A stretch of 64,000 nucleotides of DNA from an uncultured Oscillospiraceae bacterium (GTDB lineage Bacteria > Bacillota > Clostridia > RUG12999). The notes beneath the pieces are model-generated. The model was given only the letters and a program-made list of their open reading frames with translations, did no database searches and was not told the DNA's origin. Below are positions 24,478-35,844 of the stretch, one piece after another. Made by a program: the position numbers and the translations under genes. Position 1 is the stretch's first letter. Each line of letters starts with the position of its first letter. The DNA is taken from NCBI GenBank assembly GCA_964418245.1, contig CAYQKW010000001.1, positions 1,101-65,100 on the forward strand. The letters are read 5' to 3'.

Positions 24478-27224
24478 GACCAAACAAATTGACAATGTCT
24501 GCTTTCGGACCATATGCCGGAAAAGTTACCGTCGAGCTTGATAAGCTTGGTCAAAACGGTCTTTACCTTATAACCGGCGATACCGGTGCCGGAAAAACCA
24601 CCATATTTGATGCAATTGCATATGCTCTGTTCGGCGAGGCAAGCGGAGAAAATAGGGAAACGTCAATGTTTCGCTCCAAATATGCAAAGCCGGAAACGCC
24701 GACAGAGGTGGAATTATATTTCACATGTAAAAATAAGGATTATTATATTAAAAGGAATCCGGAATATGACCGTCCAAAGTCAAGGGGAGAAGGATTTACA
24801 AAAGAAAAGGCCGATGCGGAATTGCATTTGCCCGACGGACGGATAATTACAAAATTGAAAGAGGTCAACGGTGCAGTTGTCGAAATTATCGGAATCGACA
24901 GAAATCAATTTTCTCAAATTGCCATGATAGCACAGGGTGATTTTCTTAAATTATTGTTGGCATCCACAGATGAACGAAAAAAAATATTCCAAAAACTTTT
25001 TAAAACACAAAACTATAATGAACTTCAGGAAAAGCTGAAATCCGAAGCCGGGAAACTCGGCGGAAAATACGTTGAAATCGAAAGCGGTATCAAACAATAT
25101 ATTGACGGTATTATGTGGAACGAAGAAAGTTTTTGTGATGATAAAATTGACGATTTAACCACCGAAGAACTTGCGGAACGCTTGGAAAAGCTTATAGCGG
25201 ACGATGAAACCGCCGAAAAAAATATTACCGAAGAAAAAGAAAAGGTACAAAAGAGATTGAATGATATAAACGTTTGCATTGCAAAGCTTGAAGATGTTTT
25301 TGCGGCAAAAGCGGATTTGGAAAAAAATAAAAATGAGTTTAACGCGGAATCTCAAAAAGGAATTGCATTGAAAGAGAAACTCAAAGCCGAAAAAGAACAA
25401 CTTCCCAACGTCAGGAAGCTTACAGATAAAATGGCGGAAATAAAGGCATTTTTGCCCGATTATGACGAACTTGCCGAAAAGCAAAGCATTTTTGAAAAAA
25501 ACAAAACTCTTATTGATAATGGCTTAAAAAACATAGCAATAACAGAGGAAAAAATCAAATTGCTTGCAGATGAAACGGAAGTACTTGCTGCAGAAAGCAA
25601 AGCACTTGAAAAAATCGGCGAAGAAAAACTTAAACTTGAAGCAGAAAAAGAAAAGCCGGAAGCAGAAAAGGTAAGATTGGAAACTTTGAATACAGAGCTG
25701 GACGAAGCGGTAAGGTTGTGTATGGAATATGATGAAGCCCGGCAAGACTATATAACAAAATATAACAAATCCGAAGCGGCAGATGCCGAACTGAAAGACA
25801 GAACAAAAATTTATCTTGAAGCACAGGCCGGGATTCTTGCGGAAACTTTGGAAGAAAACAAACCCTGCCCGGTATGCGGTTCGACAATACATCCGCAAAT
25901 AGCCCGAAAACATAGCGATGTACCGACCAAAGAAGAACTTGACGGTCTTCGTGAAAAGTTTGACATTGCCGACAAAGCCGCAAACAACGCAAGAGTTAAA
26001 GCCGGGGAGCTGAAAGGTGCGGCAGAACGTGAAAAAGCGCGAGTTCAAAAAGAAATATCGGCGGTTTTGGGTGAGGCAGTGCCGGACGATATAAAGTCTG
26101 CCGTTGCAATGAAAATAGCGGATGCGGATTCTTTGATTGCGGAATTTAATGTAAAGATAACAGAGGTTATTAATAAAATTGACCGCAGAAAAAAGCTTGA
26201 TGAATTGTTGCCGCAAAGAAACGCGGAACTTAATGAGATACAAGAAAAATTGCTTGAATTTAAAGATGATGTTAAAGAAAAAACAAACGAGAACACGGCT
26301 TTGAAAAAACGTATCGAAGAACTTAAAACCAAACTCTTTTTTGAAACAAGATTTGATGCGGAAAAAAGAATAGCCGATTTAAACCGAGAAGCCGAAAATA
26401 TTCAAAAAATGTATAATAATACGTTGGAAGCGGTAAATGAAAACGAAAATCGGCTCGCATCGCTGAAATCCGCCGAAGAAGAAATTATGAAACGCATAGG
26501 CGGCAGTGCGGATGCCGATATTGAAAAAGAAAAAGAAAATAAAAGAATATATGAAGAAAAACAAAGAGAACTCGATTTAAAGCTAAAAGCGGTAAGCCGA
26601 CGAATATATTGCAATAAATCGGCACGTAACAAAATTTTGGAAAAACTCGGAGAAATAAAAGATGTTGAAGAAAAACTGAAATGGATGAAATCTCTGTCTG
26701 ATACGGCAAACGGAAACTTGAACGGCAAAGAAAAGATTATGCTTGAAACATATATTCAAATGACTTATTTTGACAGAATTATAAACCGCGCCAATATGAG
26801 GTTGATGGTTATGTCCGGCGGTCAGTATGAGCTGAAACGCAGAAAAGAAGCGGAAAATAACCGTAGCCGGAGTGGGCTTGAGCTTGATGTTATCGACCAT
26901 TATAACGGCAGCGAAAGAAGCGTAAAAACCTTGTCGGGCGGAGAATCGTTCAAGGCATCGCTTTCGCTTGCGCTCGGTTTGTCCGACGAAATCCAATCAT
27001 CATCGGGCGGAATTAAGCTTGATACAATGTTTGTGGACGAGGGGTTCGGTTCGCTTGACGATGAATCTTTAACACAAGCAATAAAGGCACTTTCGTCTCT
27101 TGCGGAGGGGAACCGGCTTGTGGGAATCATTTCTCATGTAAGTGAACTTAAAGATAAAATAGACAAACAGATAGTTGTAAAAAAAGATAAAACCGGCGGC
27201 AGTAATATCACGGTTATATCGTGA
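24474..27224 (+). CDS. sbcC: Exonuclease SbcC (Rad50/SMC-like ATPase)
   Basis: Walker A GDTGAGKTT, a long coiled coil with a CPVCGS zinc hook, signature LSGGESF and Walker B MFVDEGFG. The ATGA start overlaps the sbcD stop. Confidence 0.9.
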   Translation: MRPNKLTMSAFGPYAGKVTVELDKLGQNGLYLITGDTGAGKTTIFDAIAYALFGEASGENRETSMFRSKYAKPETPTEVELYFTCKNKDYYIKRNPEYDRPKSRGEGFTKEKADAELHLPDGRIITKLKEVNGAVVEIIGIDRNQFSQIAMIAQGDFLKLLLASTDERKKIFQKLFKTQNYNELQEKLKSEAGKLGGKYVEIESGIKQYIDGIMWNEESFCDDKIDDLTTEELAERLEKLIADDETAEKNITEEKEKVQKRLNDINVCIAKLEDVFAAKADLEKNKNEFNAESQKGIALKEKLKAEKEQLPNVRKLTDKMAEIKAFLPDYDELAEKQSIFEKNKTLIDNGLKNIAITEEKIKLLADETEVLAAESKALEKIGEEKLKLEAEKEKPEAEKVRLETLNTELDEAVRLCMEYDEARQDYITKYNKSEAADAELKDRTKIYLEAQAGILAETLEENKPCPVCGSTIHPQIARKHSDVPTKEELDGLREKFDIADKAANNARVKAGELKGAAEREKARVQKEISAVLGEAVPDDIKSAVAMKIADADSLIAEFNVKITEVINKIDRRKKLDELLPQRNAELNEIQEKLLEFKDDVKEKTNENTALKKRIEELKTKLFFETRFDAEKRIADLNREAENIQKMYNNTLEAVNENENRLASLKSAEEEIMKRIGGSADADIEKEKENKRIYEEKQRELDLKLKAVSRRIYCNKSARNKILEKLGEIKDVEEKLKWMKSLSDTANGNLNGKEKIMLETYIQMTYFDRIINRANMRLMVMSGGQYELKRRKEAENNRSRSGLELDVIDHYNGSERSVKTLSGGESFKASLSLALGLSDEIQSSSGGIKLDTMFVDEGFGSLDDESLTQAIKALSSLAEGNRLVGIISHVSELKDKIDKQIVVKKDKTGGSNITVIS

Positions 27225-27300
27225 CAGCACGGCAAACGGGCGGTTTTTACGTGAAAAAATAATTTATTTGCAACATTCACATAAATGTGCTTGAAATCGG

Positions 27301-27329
27301 TTGACTTATTTGCCGGTTTGAGGTATAAT
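27301..27329 (+). promoter_or_regulatory. Sigma-A type promoter for mnmE-tsaD
   Basis: TTGACT, 17-nt spacer, TATAAT. Confidence 0.5.
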
Positions 27330-27406
27330 ATATAATATATTGCTTTCGGTGCGGAATAATACTCTCATCGTAAAACAATGATAAATTGACCAAAGGAGAT
27401 AAAAAA

Positions 27407-28762
27407 ATGACCGAAGATACAATTGTTGCGCTGGCAACGCCGCCCGGAACGAGCGCACTTGCAGTGATACGCCTGAGCGGAGAAAAATCCGTTGAAATTG
27501 TGGACAAACTGTTTTCAAAAAATCTGTTGAACGCGGCAACGCATACGGCACATTTCGGGAAAATATGCGATACAAAAAGAAATGTTCTTGATGAGGCTGT
27601 TGTAACCGTTATGCTTGCTCCAAAAAGCTACACAGGCGAAAATTCGGTTGAGATAAGCTGTCACGGTTCAATGACGGCGGTCAGAAAAATTATACTTGCA
27701 TTAATTGAAAACGGTGCAAGACAGGCACGTGCCGGTGAGTTTACAAAACGTGCATTTTTAAACGGAAAAATGGACTTGTGCCGCAGTGAAGCGGTAATAG
27801 ATATAATTCATTCAAAAAGCGAACTTGCGCTTGAAAAAGGGTTGGATCAGCTTTCGGGAAGTATTTCGGCAAAAATAAATGAAATACGTGACAAAACGGT
27901 TTATCTTGCGGCGGCACTTTCGAGTGAAGCCGATTTTCCGGACGAGGGTGTGTCGGGGCTTACCGATGAATTTATTGCGGAAACGTTATCCGTTGTTATC
28001 GAACAAACCGATAAACTTCTTGAAACTGCCAAAAACGGTAAATATATCCGTGACGGAATATCCGTGTCGCTCATCGGCAGACCGAATGCAGGAAAATCCT
28101 CGGTACTCAATGCTTTGTCCGGGGAACAAAAAGCAATCGTAACAAATATTCCGGGTACAACGCGTGATATTGTTGAAGAATATATAAACATCGGGGGCAT
28201 ATGCGTGAAACTTACTGATACCGCCGGAATAAGGAATACAGAAGACGAAGTTGAAAAAATCGGCGTTGACCGTGCAAGAACATCTGCCGAAAATGCGGAT
28301 TTGATACTTTATGTTGCGGATGCAAGTATGCCGCCCGATAGTTACGATACCGAAATTGTCGGTTTCATAAAAGATAAAAATGTTATAATGCTGCTTAACA
28401 AGACGGATATATCCGAAGAATATGCCGAAGAATATAAAAAGCTCATCAGAGTGCCGGTTATATACATATCCGCTCTTTGCGGCAAAGGATTGGAGAATAT
28501 TAAATCCGCAATATCGAATATGTTTGAAACCGGAAAAGCCGTGTCAGAGGTGACAATCACAAATATACGCCATGCCGACGCGCTGACACGTGCGAGCGGA
28601 TGTCTGCATACGGCATATGATGCTTTCAAAAGCGGAATGCCGGCGGATTTGCTTACGGTTGATGTTGAATCGGCTGTGTCCGCTTTGGGCGAAATTACGG
28701 GCATGAGTGTGTCCGAAGAAATCGTAGATACAATATTTAAGGAGTTTTGTGTGGGAAAATGA
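27407..28762 (+). CDS. mnmE: tRNA modification GTPase MnmE
   Basis: [12 protein letters not shown]-terminus, G domain GRPNAGKSS...DTAG, and C-terminal FCVGK. ATG after an AAGGAG RBS. Confidence 0.95.
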   Translation: MTEDTIVALATPPGTSALAVIRLSGEKSVEIVDKLFSKNLLNAATHTAHFGKICDTKRNVLDEAVVTVMLAPKSYTGENSVEISCHGSMTAVRKIILALIENGARQARAGEFTKRAFLNGKMDLCRSEAVIDIIHSKSELALEKGLDQLSGSISAKINEIRDKTVYLAAALSSEADFPDEGVSGLTDEFIAETLSVVIEQTDKLLETAKNGKYIRDGISVSLIGRPNAGKSSVLNALSGEQKAIVTNIPGTTRDIVEEYINIGGICVKLTDTAGIRNTEDEVEKIGVDRARTSAENADLILYVADASMPPDSYDTEIVGFIKDKNVIMLLNKTDISEEYAEEYKKLIRVPVIYISALCGKGLENIKSAISNMFETGKAVSEVTITNIRHADALTRASGCLHTAYDAFKSGMPADLLTVDVESAVSALGEITGMSVSEEIVDTIFKEFCVGK

Positions 28763-29790
28763 TTAAAGAAGAACCGTTAATATTAGCAATAGAAAGTTCG
28801 TGCGACGAAACATCCGCGGCAATATCGAAAGGCGGAAGAGAAATTTTATCGAACATAATTTCGACGCAGATTGCAATACATACGCAATATGGCGGCGTTG
28901 TGCCGGAGATTGCATCAAGAAAGCATATTGAAGCAATTGACGAGGTTGTGGATCAATGTATTAAAGAAAGCGGCGTATCACTTGAAGAAATTGATGCCGT
29001 TGCTGTCACCGCCGGACCGGGGCTTGTGGGTGCGTTGCTTGTTGGTGTGTCATATGCGAAGGGGCTTGCATATTCTCTTGGAGTGCCGCTTGTTCCCGTA
29101 CACCATATCGAGGGACATATATGTGCAAATTTTATTGCTCACAAAGACCTTGAACCGCCGTTTGTCTGCCTTGTGGCATCGGGAGGTCACAGTCATATAA
29201 TTTATGTGAATGATTACAACAGCTTTGAAATACTCGGCAGAACACGCGACGATGCGGCGGGAGAAGCCTTTGACAAGGTGGCGCGTGTTATTGGACTTGG
29301 TTATCCGGGAGGGCCGAAAGTGGAAAAGTGTGCCGAAAACGGCAACAAAGATGCTATAAAATTTCCGAGAGTGCATTTTGAAAACAGCCTTGATTTCAGC
29401 TTCAGCGGCGTTAAAACAGCTGTGCTGAATTATATGCATAAAGCGGAGCAAAAAGGTGAAAATGTGAATATTTGCGATGTTGCGGCAAGTTTTCAAGAAG
29501 CGGCAACAGACATTCTTGTGGAAAACCTTATGAAAGCTGTTAAAATAAAAAATGCGTCTGCGGTTTGCCTTGCTGGAGGAGTCGCATCAAACGGATATTT
29601 ACGGAAAAAACTGAAGAACGAAGCTGAAAAATGCGGCATAACAACATTGTTTCCGCCGCCGGTTCTCTGTACTGACAACGCGGCAATGATAAGCTGTGCG
29701 GCATATTACGAATATAAAAAAGAACGTTTTGCATCACTTCGGCTCAATGCATATCCCTCTGTGAAACTCGGCGATAAGTTGGAAGTATAA
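28759..29790 (+). CDS. tsaD: tRNA N6-adenosine threonylcarbamoyltransferase TsaD
   Basis: [21 protein letters not shown] and SGGHS motifs. The ATGA start overlaps the mnmE stop. Confidence 0.95.
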   Translation: MIKEEPLILAIESSCDETSAAISKGGREILSNIISTQIAIHTQYGGVVPEIASRKHIEAIDEVVDQCIKESGVSLEEIDAVAVTAGPGLVGALLVGVSYAKGLAYSLGVPLVPVHHIEGHICANFIAHKDLEPPFVCLVASGGHSHIIYVNDYNSFEILGRTRDDAAGEAFDKVARVIGLGYPGGPKVEKCAENGNKDAIKFPRVHFENSLDFSFSGVKTAVLNYMHKAEQKGENVNICDVAASFQEAATDILVENLMKAVKIKNASAVCLAGGVASNGYLRKKLKNEAEKCGITTLFPPPVLCTDNAAMISCAAYYEYKKERFASLRLNAYPSVKLGDKLEV

Positions 29791-29830
29791 GTATTTGTGC
29801 CGTAACGCGGAAAACACAGAATATAATAAT

Positions 29831-29860
29831 GCCGCAAAGGAAAAAACTTTGCGGCTTCTT
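29831..29860 (+). terminator. Rho-independent terminator
   Basis: GCCGCAAAG-gaaaaaa-CTTTGCGGC followed by ttctt. Confidence 0.7.
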
Positions 29861-30000
29861 AACATTATGCGCGGAATTTATCAATGTTGCATAAATGTGC
29901 AGTGTTTTACTTGTGATTTTTATATAAAAAAGCTATGGATTTTAATATATAAAAGTAGTAGAATATTGTATTATAAATAAAACAGAACAGGAGAATCAGC

Positions 30001-30270
30001 ATGAAAGCAGTTCTTACGGTTATAGGACGAGATACAATGGGAATAATCGCAAAGGTAAGCGGATACCTTGCCGACAATAAAATAAATATACTTGATATTT
30101 CACAAACCATTATGGACGATATATTCACAATGGTTATGCTTGTGGATTTAAACAAAGCCGAAAAAGATATTTCCGTAATTTCGGATGACCTTGCAAAAGC
30201 GGGGGATGAAATAGGTGTAGAGATAAAAATTCAGCATGATAAAATATTTAAGTCAATGCACAGAATATAA
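30001..30270 (+). CDS. ACT-domain protein (UPF0237 family)
   Basis: MKAVLTVIGRDTMGIIAKVSGYLADNKINILDISQT. Typical partner of the downstream UPF0210 gene. Confidence 0.85.
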   Translation: MKAVLTVIGRDTMGIIAKVSGYLADNKINILDISQTIMDDIFTMVMLVDLNKAEKDISVISDDLAKAGDEIGVEIKIQHDKIFKSMHRI

Positions 30271-30315
30271 CAAAAATGTCAACGCCTTCATTTGATTGCA
30301 CGAAAGGATAATGAT

Positions 30316-31674
30316 ATGATAAACAGCCGTGAAATAATGGAAACCATACATATGATTTCCGATGAACACCTTGATATAAGAACAATAACAATGGGAATAT
30401 CGCTTGCGGATTGTGCCGGCGAGGATATGAACAGAGTTGCCGAAAAGGTATATGATAAAATAACCGAAAAAGCCAAAGATTTGGTAAAAACCGGCGAAGC
30501 AATAGAAAAAGAATACGGAATACCGATAATAAACAAACGCATAAGCGTTACGCCGATTTCTCAGGTGACAGCACCGTCAGACGGGGATCCGGTAAAGGTT
30601 GCATCGGCACTTGAACGTGCGGCAAACAATGTCGGTGTGAACTTTATCGGCGGCTACAGTGCACTTGTTCAGAAAGGATATTCAAACAGTGATATTCGTC
30701 TTATAAATTCAATACCGCAGGCACTTGCCGAAACGACAAAATTGTGTTCGTCGGTGAATATTGGGTCGACACGTGCCGGAATAAACATGGATGCAGTGCG
30801 CAAAATGGGTGAAATTGTTAAAGAATGTGCCGAAATGACAAAGGATAACGGTGCGATGGCGTGTGCAAAACTTGTTGTATTTTGCAATGCGGTTGAAGAC
30901 AACCCGTTTATGGCAGGTGCGTTTTTGGGTGCCGGCGAACCGGAATGCGTAATAAACGTTGGTGTAAGCGGTCCCGGAGTGGTGCACAGCGCACTCAAAA
31001 AACTCGGGAAAAATGCGGATTTCGGTCAGGTTGCGGAAAAAATAAAGAAAACAGCGTTTAAAATAACCAGAATGGGTCAGCTTGTTGCGTCCGAGGCGTC
31101 GAAAAGGCTTGGTGTGCCGTTCGGAATTGTTGATTTGTCACTTGCTCCGACACCGGCAATAGGCGACAGTGTGGCACATATACTTGAGGAAATGGGTTTG
31201 GAAAAATGCGGTACACATGGCACGACGGCGGCACTTGCATTGCTTAACGATGCCGTGAAAAAAGGCGGAGTTATGGCAAGTTCGTATGTCGGCGGACTTT
31301 CCGGGGCATTCATACCGGTCAGCGAAGATGCCGGAATGATAGACGCGGCAATGTGCGGCGCACTCACGCTTGAAAAGCTTGAAGCCATGACTTGCGTATG
31401 TTCCGTGGGGCTTGATATGATAGTTGTTCCGGGGGATACATCGGCAAGTACCATATCCGCGATAATAGCGGACGAAGCCGCAATAGGTATGATTAACACA
31501 AAAACAACGGCGGTAAGAATAATACCGGCTCCGGGCAAAAAAGTTGGAGATGTTGTTGATTTCGGCGGATTGCTCGGAAGCGGACCTGTGATGAGGGTCA
31601 ATAATTTCGGCAGTGAAGAATTTGTTGCAAGGGGCGGAAGAATACCGGCTCCCGTAAACAGTCTTAAAAATTAG
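30316..31674 (+). CDS. UPF0210 / PFL-family protein (DUF711)
   Basis: [14 protein letters not shown]-terminal signature. Start at the ATG after a GAAAGGA RBS; the track start is a TTG at 30292. Confidence 0.85.
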   Translation: MINSREIMETIHMISDEHLDIRTITMGISLADCAGEDMNRVAEKVYDKITEKAKDLVKTGEAIEKEYGIPIINKRISVTPISQVTAPSDGDPVKVASALERAANNVGVNFIGGYSALVQKGYSNSDIRLINSIPQALAETTKLCSSVNIGSTRAGINMDAVRKMGEIVKECAEMTKDNGAMACAKLVVFCNAVEDNPFMAGAFLGAGEPECVINVGVSGPGVVHSALKKLGKNADFGQVAEKIKKTAFKITRMGQLVASEASKRLGVPFGIVDLSLAPTPAIGDSVAHILEEMGLEKCGTHGTTAALALLNDAVKKGGVMASSYVGGLSGAFIPVSEDAGMIDAAMCGALTLEKLEAMTCVCSVGLDMIVVPGDTSASTISAIIADEAAIGMINTKTTAVRIIPAPGKKVGDVVDFGGLLGSGPVMRVNNFGSEEFVARGGRIPAPVNSLKN

Positions 31675-31705
31675 TATTATATCAGCGGAAAGGCTATGAA
31701 GTATA

Positions 31706-32014
31706 ATGGAAAATCTTATTGAAAAGGTAATCAGGCTTGAAAAAGAAGCGCAGATTGCGTCAAAAGCCGCAGATGATGAAAAATTGAAGAAAAAATCCGA
31801 AATTGAGAAAAAAGCGGAAGCGGCAAAAAAAGAATTGTATGAACAGACAGACAAAAAAATTGCCGAAATAAGGCAAAGAGAAGAAGAAATATTGAACGAA
31901 AAAACCGCCGAAACAGAAAAAAGTACCGAGGCGGCAAAAAAACGGTTAAACGAGCTTTATGAAAATTGTCACAAAAAATGGGAGGACGAATTGTTTGATT
32001 CACTGTTTGAATAA
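31706..32014 (+). CDS. V/A-type ATPase peripheral-stalk coiled-coil subunit (G/H-like)
   Basis: 102-aa Lys/Glu-rich coiled coil at the head of the V-ATPase operon. Assignment is by position and composition only. Confidence 0.55.
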   Translation: MENLIEKVIRLEKEAQIASKAADDEKLKKKSEIEKKAEAAKKELYEQTDKKIAEIRQREEEILNEKTAETEKSTEAAKKRLNELYENCHKKWEDELFDSLFE

Positions 32015-32125
32015 CCGAAAGCAAAATGTTCCGCTCGATTTTACGGGCAATTCTGTCGGTTCAACACTTGCAGTCCGTTGCTAATGTTGAATGACGGGGC
32101 TGCGATCCCTATTGAAAAAAGAGGT
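32007..32125 (+). repeat. Intergenic element copy B (collinear blocks shared with 15723-15812)
   Basis: TTGAATAACCGAA (32007-32019) ... TGAATGACGGGGCT (32088-32101) ... TATTGAAAaAAGAGG. Confidence 0.5.
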
Positions 32126-32131
32126 GTTTGA

Positions 32132-33175
32132 ATGTATAACGGTTTGTTGAAATACAGCGCGATAGTAACAAAACTTCATGCGCTCGGCGGAAAACTGCTG
32201 TCATACAAAGATTTTGAAACAATGTCGAAATTTGAACGTGTGTCGGATGCGGTTAAAATGCTGCAAACCAGAACGCTTTACGGTCATGAGATTAATATGG
32301 CGGCCGACGAGGTACACAGAGATGTTCTTGAACAAAAACTGCGGTACGGATATATGGACAATTATATGCGTATAAGCCGTTATCTCAACAAAAACGACCG
32401 AAAGTTCATATCGGCGGCAATGAGCAAATACGAAATAGATATATTAAAAAAAGTTATAAGAAACTGTATTGAAGAAAACATTTCCGGAAACGGTTTTTTA
32501 TACGATATACCTCAAGACATCGGTGCCGTTTTTGATTTTGACGTAAAAAAACTTGCAGAAGCGTCCGATTTGAACGATGTGTTGAGTATCACGGAAAAGA
32601 GTAAATACAATAAGGTTATTGCGGCACTTATGCGGCGCGAAAAATCTGTTGATATATTTGAAATAGAAACAGGTCTTGACATATATTACTTTAAAAATCT
32701 TTGGGAAACGGCAAAAAAATGTTATTGTGAGAAAAAAGAAAACAAAATTGCGGAACTTGTGGGCGACGAAGCAGATATATTCAATGTTTTGTGGATATAT
32801 CGATGCAAAAGATACTACAAACTTCCGCCGGAATATATATATGCACTGCTGCTTCCGGTACACAACAGGCTCACCCCGGCAAAAGTAAAAAAGCTGGTTG
32901 AAACCGGTTCGGTCGAAGAGCTTAAAGAAACTCTTTCAAAGTCGAAATATGCCGCATATTTCAATTTCGACAATGCGGCACTGCTTGAAAAAATAATGCG
33001 GAAAACAATAATAAAAATAATCGGAGAACAGGTTAAAAAAAATCCGTACAATGTTGCAAGCGTAATGCTTTATTTATACAAAGAGGAACTCGAACTCGAA
33101 AATATTTGCTCGGTTGCAGAGGGAATACGCTACGGATTGCCGAGTGAAAAAATTCTTGAATATGTGGTGATGTAA
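32132..33175 (+). CDS. ntpC: V-type ATPase subunit C (V0 d-like)
   Basis: 347 aa with the size, position and helical repeat pattern of bacterial V-ATPase subunit C. Confidence 0.8.
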   Translation: MYNGLLKYSAIVTKLHALGGKLLSYKDFETMSKFERVSDAVKMLQTRTLYGHEINMAADEVHRDVLEQKLRYGYMDNYMRISRYLNKNDRKFISAAMSKYEIDILKKVIRNCIEENISGNGFLYDIPQDIGAVFDFDVKKLAEASDLNDVLSITEKSKYNKVIAALMRREKSVDIFEIETGLDIYYFKNLWETAKKCYCEKKENKIAELVGDEADIFNVLWIYRCKRYYKLPPEYIYALLLPVHNRLTPAKVKKLVETGSVEELKETLSKSKYAAYFNFDNAALLEKIMRKTIIKIIGEQVKKNPYNVASVMLYLYKEELELENICSVAEGIRYGLPSEKILEYVVM

Positions 33176-35074
33176 ATGGCTGTAAAAAAAATGAGCATGA
33201 TTAACATTATAGGGCCGGTAGATATGTTTGAAACTGTGCTTGACGAATGTATCATGGACAAAAATATTCATATTGAAGATATTACCGAAACGGCGGGAAA
33301 ACGTCGCGGAGTTTATACTTTCAGCGACAATAATCCGTATGAGGAAAAATATCGGCAATGTGGTGAATTGTGTGATATTCTTGAGATAAAACCGCATGAA
33401 ATAGATAATCCGGATAATATAGAAGATATTAAGTTTACGGATTATGTCGAAACGGTTAAAACAGAATTTTTGAAGCTTAAAGATGAAATCGCAAAAACAG
33501 AGCAGGATTTTGATGACAATGCCGTATTGCGCGAGCAGTTACTGCTGATGGGTGATATTTCCGAAAGGCTTGAAGATATATTCAATCTTGAATTTATGAA
33601 AGTACGGTTCGGCAGGTTGTCGAGAGATGCATACGACAAGCTTAACACATATCTTTCGGAGTTGGACGCACTGTTCGTAAAAGGCAGAGAAGACGGAAGA
33701 TATGTATACGGAATTTATGTAACTCCGCGGCTTGCGGCGGAAAACGTTGATAATGTGTTTGCATCACTCAATTTCGAGCGTATACGAATATCGGAAAAGG
33801 CTTGTGACATACCGTCGGTTGCGGCAGAAAAAATAAGAGAAGAAAACACAGAGCTTGAAAAGAAAAAGACAGAGCTGAAAAACCGAATGGCGGAATTTTT
33901 GAAAACCAATGAACATCGGATTTTATCGGTATACGGTTTTTACAAACGCAAATACGAACTGTTTAAAATACGCACGCTTTCGGTCAGAACTTCGGAAAAC
34001 TTTTATATGTCGGGCTGGACAACCGAAAAGGAAGCCGCCGATATTGCGGAAAGCGTGAACTTGAAATTCGGTAATACGGTGATGTCGGAGATAGCCGACG
34101 ATGTTAATGATAAAAACGCACCGACGTTGCTTTCAAATCCAAAGATAATAAAGCCGTTTGAGTTTTTTGTCAAGCTTTATTCAATGCCGAAGTATAACGA
34201 AATTGACCCGACGCCGATGATGGCAATAACATATTTTATATTGTTCGGTATGATGTTCGGCGATATGGGTCAGGGAATCATAATTTCAATAGTCGGTTGG
34301 ATTTTATATGCAAGAAAGAAAATGGATTTGGGTGCCATAATGGGTACGGTCGGCATATCGGCAACAATATTCGGAGCACTGTATGGCAGCGTATTCGGCA
34401 TAGAACTCGAAAACGGGATTTTCCCGATATGGATAAACCCATCGGAAGAAACCGTTACAATACTTATTTCTGCAATAGGTGTCGGAGTAATGCTCATCGT
34501 TGCGGCAATGTGTATGAACCTTATAAATGCTTTCAGAAACCGAGATTGGGGAGAGTTCTTCTTCAGTAAAAACGGTGTTGCCGGAATTGTGTTTTATGTT
34601 GCGGTTATAGCCGTTGCGTGTGCGGTAATGTTAAACGGTGCGTCAATAAACAAAGTTGTCGGAATATTCCTGTTTGCTGTTCCGCTTATAGTGATATTCT
34701 TAAAAGAACCGCTTTCAAATATACTTAAGAAACAAAAACCCATAGAAGGCAGTGCCGGAGAGTTTGTTACGGAAAGCTTTTTTGAAATGTTTGAAGTATT
34801 GCTCAGTTATGTAACAAATACGGTATCGTTTATAAGAATAGGTGCGTTTGCACTTGTTCACGCGGGTATGATGTTGGTTGTGCGTTCGCTCATGGGAATG
34901 GTGGGCGGATTTTCCGGAAACATCATATTTGTGATTGGCAATATATTTGTTATGTGTCTTGAAGCACTGCTTGTCGGCATTCAGACATTAAGACTTGAAT
35001 TTTTTGAAATGTTCAGCAGATTTTACACCGGCAGCGGCAGAGAATTTACCGCGGTCGGAAAAGATAAAAATTAA
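33176..35074 (+). CDS. ntpI: V-type ATPase subunit I (a-subunit, stator/proton channel)
   Basis: Soluble coiled-coil N-terminal half plus a multi-TM C-terminal half. Conserved Arg context: SFIRIGAFALVHA. Confidence 0.9.
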   Translation: MAVKKMSMINIIGPVDMFETVLDECIMDKNIHIEDITETAGKRRGVYTFSDNNPYEEKYRQCGELCDILEIKPHEIDNPDNIEDIKFTDYVETVKTEFLKLKDEIAKTEQDFDDNAVLREQLLLMGDISERLEDIFNLEFMKVRFGRLSRDAYDKLNTYLSELDALFVKGREDGRYVYGIYVTPRLAAENVDNVFASLNFERIRISEKACDIPSVAAEKIREENTELEKKKTELKNRMAEFLKTNEHRILSVYGFYKRKYELFKIRTLSVRTSENFYMSGWTTEKEAADIAESVNLKFGNTVMSEIADDVNDKNAPTLLSNPKIIKPFEFFVKLYSMPKYNEIDPTPMMAITYFILFGMMFGDMGQGIIISIVGWILYARKKMDLGAIMGTVGISATIFGALYGSVFGIELENGIFPIWINPSEETVTILISAIGVGVMLIVAAMCMNLINAFRNRDWGEFFFSKNGVAGIVFYVAVIAVACAVMLNGASINKVVGIFLFAVPLIVIFLKEPLSNILKKQKPIEGSAGEFVTESFFEMFEVLLSYVTNTVSFIRIGAFALVHAGMMLVVRSLMGMVGGFSGNIIFVIGNIFVMCLEALLVGIQTLRLEFFEMFSRFYTGSGREFTAVGKDKN

Positions 35075-35093
35075 TTTTTTGGAGGAATAAATC

Positions 35094-35504
35094 ATGATAT
35101 TATTAACAACAATTTTACTTATACTCACAACGGCAGTGCCTTTCTTTGCTTATCTTAAAAGCGAAAAAGGATTGAAAAGCAAAAAAGTTACAATGTTCAG
35201 CAATATAGGTATGTTTTTTGCAAGCCTTGTTATAATGACGGTTTGCATGGGCGGCAAAGCCCTTGCCGCGGCGGCTGTTTCGCCGGCATCAAACGGTATG
35301 GCATTTTTAAGTGCCGGTCTTGCAACGGCCGGTGCAACAATCGGTGCCGGTATTGCTGTCGGAGCGGCGGCTTCGGCGGCACTCGGTGCGTTAAGCGAAA
35401 ACGAGGGCATATTCGGTAAAGCACTTATATTCGTTGCACTTGCCGAAGGTATCGCACTGTATGGTGTGCTTGTTGCGGTTCTTATTCTTAACAACGTTGC
35501 ATAA
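35094..35504 (+). CDS. ntpK: V/A-type ATPase proteolipid subunit K (c)
   Basis: C-terminal Gly-rich hairpin GLATAGATIGAGIAVG...ALAEGIALYG with the carrier Glu. GGAGG RBS. Confidence 0.85.
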   Translation: MILLTTILLILTTAVPFFAYLKSEKGLKSKKVTMFSNIGMFFASLVIMTVCMGGKALAAAAVSPASNGMAFLSAGLATAGATIGAGIAVGAAASAALGALSENEGIFGKALIFVALAEGIALYGVLVAVLILNNVA

Positions 35505-35518
35505 AAGAGGCATTTGAT

Positions 35519-35830
35519 ATGAAAATGTTTGTAATCAGCGACAATGTGGATACCGAAACCGGTATGCGGCTTGCGGGTGCAGACGGTGTTGTCGTTCACG
35601 AAAAAGAGGAGTTCAATGCGGCACTCGACAAAGTTCTTGCAGACAGTGAAATAGGAATTTTGCTTATAACGGAAAAACTTGCAAAAACTTTCGGCGAACA
35701 GGTCGGAAAACTGAAGATAAGCCGCAGACTTCCCATAGTGATAGAAATACCCGACAGACACGGAACGGGGCGCACACCGGATTCCATAACGTCATATGTC
35801 GGTGAAGCAATCGGTGTAAAAGTAAAATAA
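35519..35830 (+). CDS. ntpF: V-type ATPase subunit F
   Basis: 103 aa; MKMFVISDNVDTETGMRLAGADGV matches the subunit F pattern. Confidence 0.85.
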   Translation: MKMFVISDNVDTETGMRLAGADGVVVHEKEEFNAALDKVLADSEIGILLITEKLAKTFGEQVGKLKISRRLPIVIEIPDRHGTGRTPDSITSYVGEAIGVKVK

Positions 35831-35844
35831 CGGGGGCACGTGAA

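Noticed and set aside
23338-27224. SbcD/SbcC pair considered as a possible SMC-type anti-phage system (Lamassu, Gabija or Wadjet-like).
   Set aside because: It has the canonical two-gene sbcDC architecture (Mre11 phosphoesterase motifs, Rad50 zinc hook CPVCGS, ATGA coupling). There are no extra effector genes and no island features.
27262-27290. Shared 11-mer CATAAATGTGC upstream of mnmE (27274) and upstream of the ACT gene (29892), considered as a possible common operator.
   Set aside because: It is short and AT-rich, with no shared flanks and no consistent distance to promoters. This is within chance expectation.
35094-35504. V-ATPase K subunit looked odd: only one Gly-rich c-type hairpin preceded by two unrelated TM segments, rather than the duplicated 4-TM Enterococcus NtpK.
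   Set aside because: Single-hairpin proteolipids with an N-terminal hydrophobic leader are known in Thermus-type A/V-ATPases, as I remember that sequence. So this is probably a normal subtype.
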